Source: Podospora anserina
Taxonomy: Eukaryota
Assembly (NCBI GenBank): GCA_017654855.1
Contig: CM030332.1
Span: 1,612,001 to 1,676,000 of the forward strand
Direction: 5' to 3'
Length of the DNA: 64,000 bases
The translations under genes were made by a program, and so were the position numbers. Positions 1 through 14,700 of this stretch are shown here, in pieces. Within the stretch, counting starts at the first letter, position 1. Each line of letters begins with the position of its first letter. Under the pieces are notes generated by a model, which was not told where the DNA came from, made no database searches, and saw only the letters and a program-made list of their open reading frames with translations.

Positions 1-2120
1 AGTTGGCATACCGACTGATCAGTGAGAGGGTGTAAGCCGGCACTTGTTGAGTTTTCGAGAAGCTTGAATCGAGATGAACATCAGAAAGGGCTGGGAATAT
101 TCCGCCAGCCGAGGCCCAGGGGAAACTTCGACAAGGTGTGGAATCTCTGGAATGGTGATGCCGCAAGTCGAGCATGGGACGACCTCGTTGTCTCGTTGGT
201 GCCCCTCCACTTTAGACCTGCCAGTTTCAGCGGGCGGTGAGTGTACAGCAGGGTCTCGAGAGTGGCCCGAATTCACATGACACCAGCGGCTTGTTACACC
301 AAGCGACTTGGACGCTTGGTAACTCTGGCGTTTATGCGAGTGATTGGCGCGGCAATGAATTATTCACAGTGAACCAATGGCTGAAGAGGCGGGAGAAGCT
401 ACCAGTGAATCTCGAGAGAACAAGAGGGGAAAAGGGTGACGGGATTGATGGCTGTGTGGCACAATTGTAGATCGATGGGAGATCAACGCGCAGGTCCCAG
501 GTCCGCGACGACTACCGACAAGGCACGATGAATCCGCACAGTGCAAGACCAAGGCCAACAATCACGGTGCCTCCACATCGTGCCCCTGTCTAGCGACCTT
601 CCAAACCGCTGGTACCGGAGAACATTGGACATGCTTCCGTTTGATTTCCACGCTCAACACCCGCACACCCGCAAGAGAGATGAGAAGACAGTTACACTGC
701 ATCTGTCGATGGCAAGTAATCCCACGCACTTGGCAGTGACACATGGGAGCGGGCTACGGCGGTATAGCAAATTGCCAGACGTGGCCAGGATCGCTGGAAA
801 TGCTCGTCATAAACTAACAAACTTGTTGGAGTTGTGTTGTGGTCAAGGTACCGTTTACCGTAGTCGGCGTTAGCAGATGGCAAGTACACTGTCCGTCTCA
901 GGTCTGTTAGTGCCTTCCCAGCCTGCCGCCATAACCATATCTTTGTTGCGCCTGCCCGCACGACCTCGAACTCTTTCCATTCCTGCCATATGCTCTTGTC
1001 TGGTTGAGCTCTCTCTGCCTCCCATCTTGTATCTTCTTCTCGTCCTCTGTCTCCCCTTCTCACGGCCCCCTCCCCACCATCATTGATACTGGTCCATCAC
1101 TCCAGTCTGCCTCCAGCTGTTAGTACATTCCCTCCTCGTCATCAGTATCCTCTTTGAACCCGCCACCTACCACCCAAGGCCGCCGTTTGCCCACCTCCAC
1201 CTGTCTCTTGTCTGTCTCCAGCTGTACAGTACATTATTACCGAGGTGTAGGAATCCCGTACTCGGTTCCCTACCGCCACGCCTGTCTGTTCTCGCAGGTG
1301 CTTTCGGCTCTCGGGCATACTGAGCCTGCGATTGATCTGCACGCCATTTGCCAAGACATCGACTTCGAGAAGCCCAGGGGCGCCCCTCAAATACCGCCGA
1401 GTCTTATATCCATCGCTACCTCAAAGGGGCGTGAAAAAGAGTCACCATTACACCCTCATAAACACCACCGAGGCACCGCCGAACCATATCTTATCCTCGA
1501 CGGTACTCCTCTGGGCTGTTGTGGCTGGCGTGCATGGCTCTGTGATACCCTCTGTCTACAGCAGGAATTAGTCATTGGCCGTACCACGGTCCCCTAACAG
1601 GCCTAACACTTACACACGATTTCTGTTTCTTGGCGGTCGATTCTGAGCCGCTGAACGGTCGACCCCCAACAAGCGGAACCGACGCCGTTATAACTCGCTG
1701 ACCCTAGCCTTCAAGCCTGAATCCACTGGGGTCAAACGCCTCCAGAAAGAAAACGACGCCCCCGTGTCTGTGGGCTACGAAGTACTGGGTGGTTGACCTT
1801 CCAGGTTGAGAGTGCGTGCCGAAACTCTAGCTTCAGGTCTCGCATTGAGCCGAGAGGAGCATTATTATTATAACTCGAGGTCAGTTCCCTCCCCATATGC
1901 TCTTCTTCGTTCTTCCGTCTCATCCTTTCCATTGAAGCCCCCCAAGAGCCCCCCCAAAACCGCACTGCTCTCCCCCACCTGGGTATTGGGCATCAAGCAG
2001 CTGCCAGCACCCCGTCGTCCAACCGTTTCCAGTGGGCACTAACTAGAGCAACAGTGGAGGAAACAACCCTCCCGCATCCGAGGCTAGGCAGCGCTCCCCA
2101 CAACAAGGCCCTCTTTTGCC

Positions 2121-4405
2121 ATGCAACATCCCATGTCGAGTTCACTCATCAATTCCACAGCGAGCCCCGAGCCTGCGGAGCCATCGGGGACTGGCCAAAA
2201 TACTCTCACAACTCTCACTAATAATATTTGTCCCAATCGCGCATCACCTTTGGCCTCTGCCTCCAGTGATTCGCCTTCCTCTCTCAACAATTCGTCGTCA
2301 CGTTCACCATCCTTGACGCCTCAGCCGGCCACTCCCAAATCTCCCGCCTCTGGCCTTTTTGTCCCCGCGCCCCCAAAGTCGCATTTCGTTGACATCGCAT
2401 CGCTCCCGCCTCAAGATCCCCAGAATACCGATTTTGATTTTCTGCTCGATTGCAGCGACGACGTCGCCGCCTCTGCTGCCCTGTCCAACCACGCAGCGAC
2501 ACCAACAAGCAACACGCCAGGTATACCAGATATCGACATGGCAACCGGCTCCGTCTACGACTCAGGCCTCGGCCGCAGTCGACAGGACTCGTTTGTCGGC
2601 GCAAGGCCCATCTCCATGACCAACCCCAACCGCACTCGCCGGGACTCGAATAACATCGGACCCGGCAGTCTGATGGGTGGTATGAGCTGGGGTGGTATCT
2701 CTTTGGGGAGTTTTGTCAAGGACGAGTAAGTGTTATCCATGTTAGCATTCTCACGGGGCCTCTTTCGCGCACGCTGGTTGCGGCGCACCCCGGCACTGCG
2801 TCTACATCACTTATAACTGAAAACTTGAATCATGCTTTCGATCAGGTGTGACTGATACATACCTTGCAGGATAATGATGGCCGGCACTTCTCCATATCCG
2901 ACACATCAGTCACCATCGTTCCACTCATCGTCCTATATGCCCAAGCTGGAAGCATCCTTTATGCGCGACTTTATCTGCTGCGAGACGACGTGGGATACCC
3001 TTCATGATCTGCTCCAGCATTATGAGGAGCAGCATACTAACCTCACGGGAAACTCCACGTTGGGGCCTGGGTTCGGCGGGAACTTCACGCGTGGTCCTGC
3101 CAGTCGTGCAACTTCTGTTGCACCTTCAGTCAGACCACAGCAGCCAACACAACCGATGCATGGGTTCCAGCAACAGCGCCAGCCTGGTACTGGCGCCAGC
3201 AACCTGGGCGCTGGCGGATTCGGTATGATGCGACAGCAGGCGGCTCCGGTCGCACCCAAGGTCAACCACATGTCTCACCTCAACGACGAGATGGATGCAG
3301 TTGGCGACATGGAAATGGATGATGCTGTCGGGCACATGGATATGGACGACAGCCAACGCATACAGCAGACCCGTCACCTCTTTGGTCAGCAGCAGCGACC
3401 CCAGCTTCATCTTAATGCCTCGGGGCTTCCTCATCAAGCGTTGCGCACTTCGCAGCCACCAACACCAGCTGCTCAGAGCTTTGGATTCCAGAACAATCCT
3501 ACCGTCTCTTCGGTCAACACACCAACACTGACGACTCACCAAGGCCTGCCCCAGCGCGGACAACAGTTCTCACAAGATAACGCTATGGAGGAGGATGATG
3601 ATATGTCAGGCCTGCCCATGAAGCTTAACACCAACAACTTGGCGCCTCTAGGCGGTTTTCAGTTCAATATCAACAACACCATCGACGACCCTGCGAAGCG
3701 CCTTTACAGCCCCGGGGGTTCTTCGGCTCAGATGACCAGCCAGCAACGAGCCATGGAACAGCAGTTGCAAATGCAGCAGCAAGTCCAGCAGCAGTTGGTG
3801 AGCATGAATCTTGACTACAGCCAACTGCCACCGGGCATGGATCCAACCACGCTTCTTCAGCACTTCACTGCGCTGATGATGCCACCACCCGAAGAACACA
3901 AGCCGTTCAAGTGCCCCGTCATCGGCTGTGAGAAAGCCTACAAGAACCAAAACGGCTTGAAGTAAGTAACCGTTAAAACAGTGCAACCGATCCAGGTGAT
4001 GTGTTGCTGACCCAAATTCTAGGTATCACAAGACACATGGGCATTCGACGCAGCAGCTCCACGAGAATGGCGACGGCACATTCTCCATCGTCAATCCTGA
4101 GACTCATGCGCCCTATCCAGGCACCCTGGGTATGGAAAAGGAGAAACCCTTCAAGTGCGAAGTCTGCGGCAAGCGGTACAAGAACCTGAACGGTCTAAAA
4201 TACGTAAGCAAACACCTCACAGCAAGGTCTATAAAGCTCTGAACACTAACGTATCTTCGTCCAGCACAAGCAACACTCCCCACCGTGCGACCCGGAACTT
4301 CGAGCTCAGCAGCAGAACCTCTTTTCCAGCATGATGCAGAATCCCGCAGGATTTATGGCCATACAGCAGAATCTTCCCAATATCAACGAAGACAACAATC
4401 ATTAA
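2121..4405 (+). CDS. SFP1: C2H2 zinc-finger transcription factor Sfp1 (ribosome biogenesis regulator); exons ~2121-2725, 2870-3961, 4023-4203, 4265-4405
   Basis: Spliced frame gives [16 protein letters not shown]...[40 protein letters not shown] and [25 protein letters not shown], the split-finger layout of Sfp1; GT-AG introns with branch sites restore the frame. Confidence 0.92.
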
Positions 4406-6707
4406 GTGTGGCATTCCGACTCAGTATCTCTTATGCAACAATGGTATCCTGCTGAGCGATTCGCCTCCTTATCCTACGGCATAAACATACTTGCCTTCTT
4501 CACCATTTTTTCCTGGTTCGGGTACTTTTGCATTTCTCCTGCATCATGCGGTCCGGCGTTTTCCTGGTGGTCCTGGGCGTGGGAGGGGACGACTTTTTTT
4601 TTCCGAGTAAAGCGCACGCGGGAAGGCTGTCTGCGGATCTATATACCCCAAAGCATAGACTGGATTTCAGACTGATACCCCGTTGTCCTCTTTTTGTTTC
4701 TTTCATTTTTATCCCTTTCTCCCATTGGTCTTTTCTGTTGACTGGTTTGAGGCCAATCAAAAGACTGGTCGACGATAACGATACGCAAAACATAGAGGAG
4801 ACCTGCTTTTTCCCCCCACCGAGACAGCGTTTTAGAGCGAGAAAGGAGAGAGCCGAAGACCACGAACCGAACGAATACCATTAGACCGGGGGGTTCTGAC
4901 GACAACAAAAAATGGTGTTGAGAGAGTGCGAGGGAGAGGAACAAAATTGGGGTGGTGATATTTGGGATGGTTGCGGCAAGGGAAAAAAACTCGGCGCGGA
5001 GAGGTGAAGAAGGGGAGCTAACGTTATACACTCGTTATTTCACCAGTAATAATCACTAATTGAGGACCTTACGGCTGGACTAGCTGGGCTGGACTGGTTT
5101 AGGGGGGCTTGGGGTGCGTGTTTGGTTTATTTTGAGAGTGCGAGGAGGCGGGAAAGAACAGGCTGTTGTGCGCGAGTGATGAAGCGAGCAAGCCAGCGAG
5201 GAGTTGGGGAGAAGGGGGATGTATGCTTTTTTGTTTGCTGATTTTATTTGTGTTCCTTTTTTCTCTCTCTCTTATTTTCCTTGTGATTTCTTTGGCTTTC
5301 TGTGGATGGGACCCCAAAACGGTGAGGCGTATGAGGTATCAAAAAGTTTCATGGAAGGGAGACAAGTATGAGAAATGTGTGGTATGATGATGGTAGAAGG
5401 GAGGGGATAGGTATCTAAAACCTGGACGTGAGTTTTTATCCCCCAAGATATGTTTGAGAAGATGGGGGAAAGAAAGGGAGGGGGCGGGGGATAGGTGGTA
5501 CAAGTTGGCGCAATGTGGTGCAAAAAAATCGGTTGGGAAAAGTACTTGTGGGTTGTTGATTTCCGTCGGTTTCTCTTTTTGTTTTCTTTTGATTTGGGTC
5601 TTTTTTTTGTTTTGGGTGGAGGGGAACAGGAGATGAAGGAGGTTGCACTTGGCTTTTTCTTTTTTTTGTGTATGGTGATTTTGCTTGCTTGCAATTTGCT
5701 ATTTGCTGCTTGCTTGCTTGCTTGCTGATGTAAAGGTTCTTGTTGTTCATGTTGTCGGTGGCTTCAGGGTTTTGGGATAAAGATAGAAATATCAAACTCT
5801 ACTCTCGGTTTTAAAATACGGGCGTGATGATTCTGGAACTGCGATATGAAAATTGGTTGGCTGTGTGGAGGTAATGATGATGATGGGCCGTGTCTGAGCT
5901 GACTGACTATCTAGGTGGTTTAGAGTGGAAATAGGGGTCACTCCTTGTGTTGGTTACACACACACACCTGCTTTACACCCTTTATCCGAGGATAAGAAAC
6001 AAAGCTGTGGGTTTTGCCAATCAGGATATCGTGATGCTACCTACCTAGCCTGCTCTGTATAGGTGCCTTGTACCCCGACCTGAAAGGTAAAACTTGGTTT
6101 GGTTGTTGTTGAGAAATGAATGGGAGCTGGTATACACTTGCATGTTGTAGGGTAATAACATGTTCAAGATCGATCAACCTTACTTTTGTTGAAAGACCTG
6201 TCGACTGCCCTCGAAAGCCATTATTCACAATAGAAGCCCCTAAAATTTTGTCCACAACCTGACTTGCCATACGCAATGATTCCTGGAGGGGATAATAAGT
6301 TGGTTGTGATATTTGCAACGATGCCTGAAGATGATGCTCTACACCAGTGGCCATCGTCCGTCCTCTCAGCCAACAACTTCCTAGGCCAACCCCTCAAGCC
6401 CCCCCAGACCAATCACCCCCCTCAACCCACCACCAACCCACAACACTAATTGTGCAACCAACACCCACGATCTCTTATGATTTGTGATATTAGTATTAAC
6501 TAAGTGTATATATACTTTGCAAAGTCATCACTGGTCGTCCACATACCCCCCCTTCCCATCTTTCCCAGTGTCCGTGTTTTTGCTTTCCCTTCCCTTCCTC
6601 CCAATGCAAATGCTTTCCCTTTTGTTCCAAGAAAGCACTCACTATAACTTGGTTCATCAATGACGACCGCAGACCCCAAACGCCACGAAACAACAACTCA
6701 TCGCATC

Positions 6708-6739
6708 CAACAACAATAACAACAACAACAACAACAACA
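6708..6739. repeat. (CAA)n microsatellite just 3' of cyp51
   Basis: caacaacaataacaacaacaac... seen directly. Confidence 0.85.
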
Positions 6740-6746
6740 CATAAGT

Positions 6747-8461
<1,715 letters not shown>

Positions 8462-8702
8462 TCTGTCGGGGAGGGAAGATTAAAAAGAAGTAGAGAAAAA
8501 GAACGTGTCCAAGGCTGCTGGGAAATGCAACAAGCGCGCGTGCGAGATGCCAACAATCAAAGCCCACGGGGAAAGAAAGAGAAGAAATCTCGCGACCTTT
8601 AAGTAGAAGGAGCGAAGAACTTTTCTAGAGTTCATGTCATCAAGAAAAAAGGGATGCGAATTGGCTTTTGGGTAGGTAATCTGCCCCTGCCACGGCAGCC
8701 CA

Positions 8703-8813
8703 GATTGGCCAATCAGGCGCTCCCCAAGAGCGGTTTCGTATTCGCATTCGCACGGTACCTGGGTACTTCGCATCCGTACGCTCCCACCGCACCGTTTACT
8801 CACATCATGCGAT
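8703..8813. promoter_or_regulatory. Candidate cyp51 promoter elements: palindromic double CCAAT box (GATTGGCCAATC, 8703-8714) and SREBP-like site ATCATGCGAT (8804-8813)
   Basis: Motifs read directly 240-350 bp upstream of the cyp51 ATG; function inferred from CBC and SrbA control of cyp51 in Aspergillus. Confidence 0.4.
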
Positions 8814-9916
8814 AGAAAGGCAACATCCGATCAAAGTTGCGCCAATGATTCCACGGCAATTACCGTTGACCACCACATATGCGCCGACCTCGTGAGAAGC
8901 TGGGCGCATTCTGGCTGTAAGCGAATGCCTTCGTTTTTCGTTTCACCGTTCCTTCTCCTGAAGGGCCGTCTTCTCTGCTCTCCATGTTACAGACCGCCTG
9001 TGGGATATGGTGGCTTGGCTTAACCAGTTGTCCCGTACTTCGTACCTGCAGGGCGTGCTGTCATCGGATGAACCCTACCCACCTCATGCTGTGGAGTGCG
9101 GTGTGTCAACGCCCGTGGGCTCCGCTGACAAGTGCTATCGCGGATGTGCGATGGTAGGGTGTTGGTGATATTGAACATGTCGCTCTCTCTTCGTCACTTG
9201 ACCCAAGTTTACTCTCGGTGAGAGCTTCATACCGATACTGACCGTGCGCTTACACCCGGCATCTTCTCACCAAAGCGGCGAGTTGTGCCTCGTCAGTGGG
9301 TTTCCCAAGATCATGAGAACTTCAACTTGTCTGGGGTTCCGCTCCGTTGTTCGGATCACAAGTAGTGAAGACTGAGAACAAGGCGAGACACCCTCTCGAG
9401 AACAGGCGCATGAAGCGATATCGATTACAGTTTCCAAAGTAGCCTAGTGCCTAATGATACGTAGTAATAACACTGCTGCTTATTCATTTCATGTGATTTC
9501 CTATCCTTGGCTAAAATGACAACAGCAACAACAACAACAACAACACCAACGACATATCTATCGTCTTCTCCCTGTAAAACAACCAGCGAATGACTATTCC
9601 CGCTCCATGCAAAGTCTGAGCACACCCCCCAAAACGTAAACGAAAAAGCGAATGAATAGAAAGTATGTACAACTTGAAAAAGAGAAAAGAAAATCATGCT
9701 AATGATGATGATGATGACGATGGTAGATGCAACGAATGGCTCCCATGTGTGTGTGGTATATGGTATCATCTCCTCTTCCACTCCTCCCCCCCCCCTTTTC
9801 AATAAAAAGAATGTCCTCTTTTCTTTTCTCTTATGCCCCTTTACCCAAGCCTAAACGCCAAAGCAAAAACAGTGTCATAACAAGAAGAGAAAACTCCTGC
9901 AACCGACAACAACAAA

Positions 9917-9917
<1 letters not shown>

Positions 9918-9949
<32 letters not shown>
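9918..9949. repeat. (ACA)n microsatellite immediately 3' of the fucosyltransferase-like gene
   Basis: About 10 perfect AAC units. Confidence 0.85.
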
Positions 9950-9955
9950 ACACCT

Positions 9956-11857
9956 TCAATCAAGACCCAACCAACCCAAGCCCCCATCCACATTCACCCA
10001 TCTCCCCCGCTTGACACTCCCCTCCCCCATCATCACCCCCAACAACCTACACCCCAAACTACTAACCGTGCAAACCACCACATCGCTCGCCTCGGCCAGC
10101 ACCGCCAAATCCATCATGTAAGCCCTCCCAACCAAGCTCCTAAGCCGGAGCGACTCAGCCCCCACCCCCTTTTCCTCCTTCTTGTCATTATTCGCCGTCG
10201 GCACCCCCAAATTCCAAAACATGCCGGCATAAAACCCACCCTCCCACCCAAAAGCCTCATCTACAAACTTGTGCATCACGTTCCGATCCAGCTCCTCTTC
10301 CTTCCCCCCCTTGGGAAGCAGCTCATGCTTGGAAGCGAGCTTGATCCTATCCTGCGCTCTCACCACCCTCTTCCCGTTGAGGTTGTCCTTCACTTCCTCA
10401 GAGTCATACACAAGCGGGTCGTCAGACGCGAGGATCATGAACGAGTGTTCACGCGCAAGCCGGTTTTCTTCTGCCGTGTCGTGGAAGATGCTGCCGGACG
10501 AGTTGAACTTGGAGGCGATGATCTCCTGCGCAAAGTCGGTGTAGACGTTCACAGGAAGGTACGAGCGCCTGTATTGGGGTTCAAACGGGTGGCGGTCGCC
10601 GCGGCGGATGTGAAGGCCGATGGAAAGACCAGATTGTGTGCCCTTGGTTTTGGGCACGAGACGCTTGGCGAGGAGCTTGCGAGTGCGAGTATCGACGTGG
10701 CGGGCGTCTCCGGCGTTGAGGTGAAAGAGGGCTCTGAACCCGGAGCGAGCGAGCGCGAATTGCTTCTTGAGGAGGGAGGAATCGAGTGGTTCGAGGGGTG
10801 GGGAAGAACTGGAGAAGATTCCCTCTGCTGAAGGAGGGAGGAGGTTGGCAAAGACTTTGTGGGCGTTGGCAGCTGAGACGACCAGGTGACGTGCCTGAGG
10901 TGGGCAGGGGAGTCGTTCATGGTCAGGAGGTGGGGAGCAGTCTTGCGCGGGCGGCGCTTCAAAGATGTCGGAGTACTCTCCGTATGCCCATCTCGTGTCG
11001 TCGATGAAGAAACCACGGCCTTCTTTTTCGGCGAGACCATATGCGATCCAGAGCATCATGAGCGTTTTTCCCAGGCCAGCCTCGCCGGACTCGAGAACAA
11101 AAGTGAGGCTCTTCTTGCAGACAGGCTTCCCCGTGTTTGTTCCTCCCGCTCCCCTCTTTGGCAAATAACCAGCTTTCTCAGCTTCTTGAACATCAATGAA
11201 GTCGTGATCGGGTGCCTCCGGCCCGAAGCTGAGTGAGACCTGCGGCAACCCGGACCCCTGAGATCGCAATTCCACCGCCCTGGCCGCTACCTGCTCACAC
11301 CTCCCACACATGTCTGCGTAACCCTTCTGGGACAGTGGAAACGGTGTCCCTGGCGGTATCGATACTGTCCATTTCGCCTTACCTCGATGGTCGGTGATGA
11401 CGATAGGCGTAGCGAAATCTGGCGCCCCCTTCTGCGATACCATCTCAACTCCATCGCTTCGTTTTGGCGGTGTTACTATCGGCTTCTCGGGGACTGACAG
11501 TCGTGTGTTATCAGCCGGTATCGGTATTTCCGGTCCAAAGAGGTAGGTAAGAACCTCGAGCGAGATCCAAAAGACAGCAAGAATGCTCAAAATCCGGATC
11601 GTATATCGTATGAGTCGTATTGGGCGTACGCCTAGGATCAGTTTCCTCTGGGGGGGCTTTTTCGGTGGGGAGAGTGACGGAAGGCCTGGAGATGGTGGTG
11701 GTGAGAATACCAAGTGGTTGAAGCTGAAGCGAGAGGATGTGGATGATAGAGGGCCCTTTTCGGCGACATTGTACGAGGCTGCTCGTCGAAGGTTGATACG
11801 GGGCGGCAAGATGGCTTTGGCATGCGCCGTTCTACTGAGGTCAAGTGTTGGCGGCAT
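9956..11857 (-). CDS. Uncharacterised type II membrane protein with fucosyltransferase-superfamily (GT23/FUT8-like) motifs, 633 aa, intronless
   Basis: Single ORF; TM helix ILSILAVFWISLEVLTYLFG; motifs IGLHIRRGD, ILASDDP and DLAVLAEASDVVVCTVSS. Confidence 0.75.
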   Translation of the reverse strand: MPPTLDLSRTAHAKAILPPRINLRRAASYNVAEKGPLSSTSSRFSFNHLVFSPPPSPGLPSLSPPKKPPQRKLILGVRPIRLIRYTIRILSILAVFWISLEVLTYLFGPEIPIPADNTRLSVPEKPIVTPPKRSDGVEMVSQKGAPDFATPIVITDHRGKAKWTVSIPPGTPFPLSQKGYADMCGRCEQVAARAVELRSQGSGLPQVSLSFGPEAPDHDFIDVQEAEKAGYLPKRGAGGTNTGKPVCKKSLTFVLESGEAGLGKTLMMLWIAYGLAEKEGRGFFIDDTRWAYGEYSDIFEAPPAQDCSPPPDHERLPCPPQARHLVVSAANAHKVFANLLPPSAEGIFSSSSPPLEPLDSSLLKKQFALARSGFRALFHLNAGDARHVDTRTRKLLAKRLVPKTKGTQSGLSIGLHIRRGDRHPFEPQYRRSYLPVNVYTDFAQEIIASKFNSSGSIFHDTAEENRLAREHSFMILASDDPLVYDSEEVKDNLNGKRVVRAQDRIKLASKHELLPKGGKEEELDRNVMHKFVDEAFGWEGGFYAGMFWNLGVPTANNDKKEEKGVGAESLRLRSLVGRAYMMDLAVLAEASDVVVCTVSSLGCRLLGVMMGEGSVKRGRWVNVDGGLGWLGLD

Positions 11858-14700
11858 GTTGAAGAACAGAAACAGAAACCAGGAAAGGAAAGTCTAGTGT
11901 TCGAAATCAAGAACTGGATAAGGCGACCGCAGGAAAAGTATACCGTTTGGAATACAATGAGCCGCCGCCCTGAAGCCCAGCGTTTGGAGCGGCGTTCTGT
12001 TCGTCTCTGTCGACACCGGCGTGCTGCTCTCCGTGTCCGGCAGAGGAGAGTTGAAGGATTTCTGGTGGGGGTACCCGACCGGTGAGAATCGTCGAAGTCA
12101 TAAGGGAGTTGCGATCTTGATGTCGGGATCTTTGTCTTGTAGGGAGAGCTCAACTCCCAAGCCCTGATCCCGAAAAGACAAGTGACGTTTATGCCACCGG
12201 GATATCGTATCTTTCGTGGGCACGGATCAGGACCCCTTCAGAACACAGACGTACAAGAGGGAGCGAGGCGCTTGCGGTCTTGTTACAAGGCGACAACGAC
12301 GACGTGGTGGACGGAATGGGCCGTTGGAGGCCGATATGGGGGCAGGACAGAGTGAAAGATGCAAGATGTTGATCGAATAGAATGGCGAGGGCGGCCAGCC
12401 GGATTTTCAGGTCCAGCAAAGAAGATCAGCGGCAGTGCCGGTGTCCCCCCCTTCTCGAGGTAGGGCGGAGGAGAAGAGGTCTTGCTTGAAGTGGACGGGC
12501 CGCTTGAACAGCCGAAGTGACCACCTGCCGAAAGATCGCCACCAGTACGAACTAGGTAGGTGTTGGAAGTATCATCTAGAGGATTGACAAACGGTGTTCG
12601 ACAGAAAATGAGAATGGCCAAATATCCCTCTCCGAAATGAGGGTGTGGGTTCGGTTCAACGAGCACTGGAGGGGTACCAGGCCAGGTTGTGCTACCTTTA
12701 CCTGGGTCTCAGTCTCACTTATGGAGTCTTCCTCTCAAGAGAGTGCGCAAGTCAGACCGAGGCTGACAAAAGAGGCGCTGTTGGTATATCGGAAAAACGG
12801 TATGCGATGCGAACTGCGTCGAGTTTCTATTCGCAGCTCGGAGGGGGTGTGGCCGAGAGCAGAAGCTGGTACAACCACCGTTGGCTTCGAGAATAGAATA
12901 GCAAAGTTCAACCGGACACCCAGCGTCACAGTCGACAATTTAATTCATATACTGACGTACATGGTGAAGAATGGGAGAAGGGGAAAAAGATCGCCTCGAG
13001 GATGGACCCCGATGACTTGTTCTGTGTCGATCACTGCAACTGTTGTTCAGGGGGCCAACGGAGAATGCCAGGTGAGGTTATGGCCCACCATGAGATCACA
13101 GGCCAAAGAAGAACAGCAAACACAGCAGATCTTTCGCTTGGTTTTGGTCTCAAACCCATGCGCCCCAAGGAACCGATACCCCGGAAAGCTCAAAACCAAA
13201 TCTTATCGATATCCAACGGGAGCTTGTTTGAAGCGGGAAGCGAGATCCATCTACAAGACACCAAACAGCATGAATGATGTGATTCTCTCTTCCTGGTTTC
13301 ATCCCCAGGTTCTAGAAAGGTCTTGACCCGGAATCTGGAGTTCATCATGCCCCCCTGGCCTTTCGACGACCTCACCAGATGGCCGGCACGATAGGCAATT
13401 CAGCAGACAAAAAGTTCTAGGGATTTCCCCCTCCCCCTCCGTTTGGGCTGGAAAAAAGGGCAAGTTTGTCGGCGGAGGCGGGGCAGGCGGCGATCACCAT
13501 TTGTGGCAGTTGAGCCCCTGTCGCTTCTGAAACGCACTAGCTTCGGGGAAATCATCCAATCAGATGCCTGGCTCCCGCCCTTCCCGGCACACCGGTGCCT
13601 TCCCGCTTGGCATGGAGAACCACCACCAACGGCAGGTGGGGAAGTTTGTGTGACCTCCAGCAACGAGAAGGTAAGCGGACTCTGACCTTGAAGGCATCTC
13701 CAGAGGCATATCAGTGCTAGGGCTCGGTCTCTGAGGTAGATACTCTGAATTGAACCAATATATTGAGCCTCTACATCATGATACTCATATAACCATATTC
13801 AGCCTCGTGTTGGATCACTGTGAAGAATTGGATATGCAGCCCCTCTCTCGGTTTTTGTTTTGTTTATACCACATTCTTATCAGGTCTCAAACATAATACA
13901 AAAAATGAAAACTACCTCTCATTCATGCTATCACATCTATATACGCCTCGCCCATTCACACATAGGCCTCCAAAATCAACACATACTCGCCCCCAGGCTT
14001 CAACAAAAACTCTCTCAAGTCATCATCATGCCCCGCCTCGAAACCCACGCACGCGTGGAAAAAAAACACATCAAATGTTTAGAATAATCTCTTTTGGCAT
14101 TTCAAAAAATCGCTTTCCATTCTTTCTTTCTCCCATCCCACCTCATCTCCTCCCACCTCTCCTAACCCCCTTTTTGCGCGTACGTCGTCTCATGATGCCA
14201 TAGCCTCAATGATGAAAAAAATGATGAACAAATGCTCTCCCCTGCTCCTCGACAACAAACAACCAGGCAGGCCAAAATTGGATACAAAAAAAGCCCCATC
14301 ACCAACCAACCCTTCCCTCCTCCAATCTCCAACAAGAAAGTTTGCCAAACTAGTTGGATCCCCCATACAAAACTCTCCCCTTTCCACCACCCCCTTCACT
14401 CCTAGCTAATGTACAAAATTAACAACAAGACGCTGGCTTGCTAATGACGATGAGAAAAGTAAACTTGATCCCCTCCCCCCCAATTTCCCGATCTCCACCA
14501 TAACAGAGAAACGGTGGGCTATTTTGAAAAGACCAAAAAGCAAAAATACCAATAACAACAAGTCGGGTATAAGACAGAAAATGAAAAAAAAGTACCCCGT
14601 ATTCCCTACCCCCACCTTCTTCCATGTGAAACCCAACCAAGGAAAACGAAAAAAACACTTATACATGTTCCGTCATGTTATACAGGCCACGGCCCCCTTC

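Noticed and set aside
5824-5897. GTGATGA...CTGA spacing resembling a C/D box snoRNA
   Set aside because: No convincing terminal stem and no rRNA-complementary guide that I could verify; lies in low-complexity TGA-rich sequence
12637-13326. 229-aa plus-strand ORF in intergenic DNA
   Set aside because: No recognisable motif or codon bias like neighbouring genes; cannot be supported without expression data
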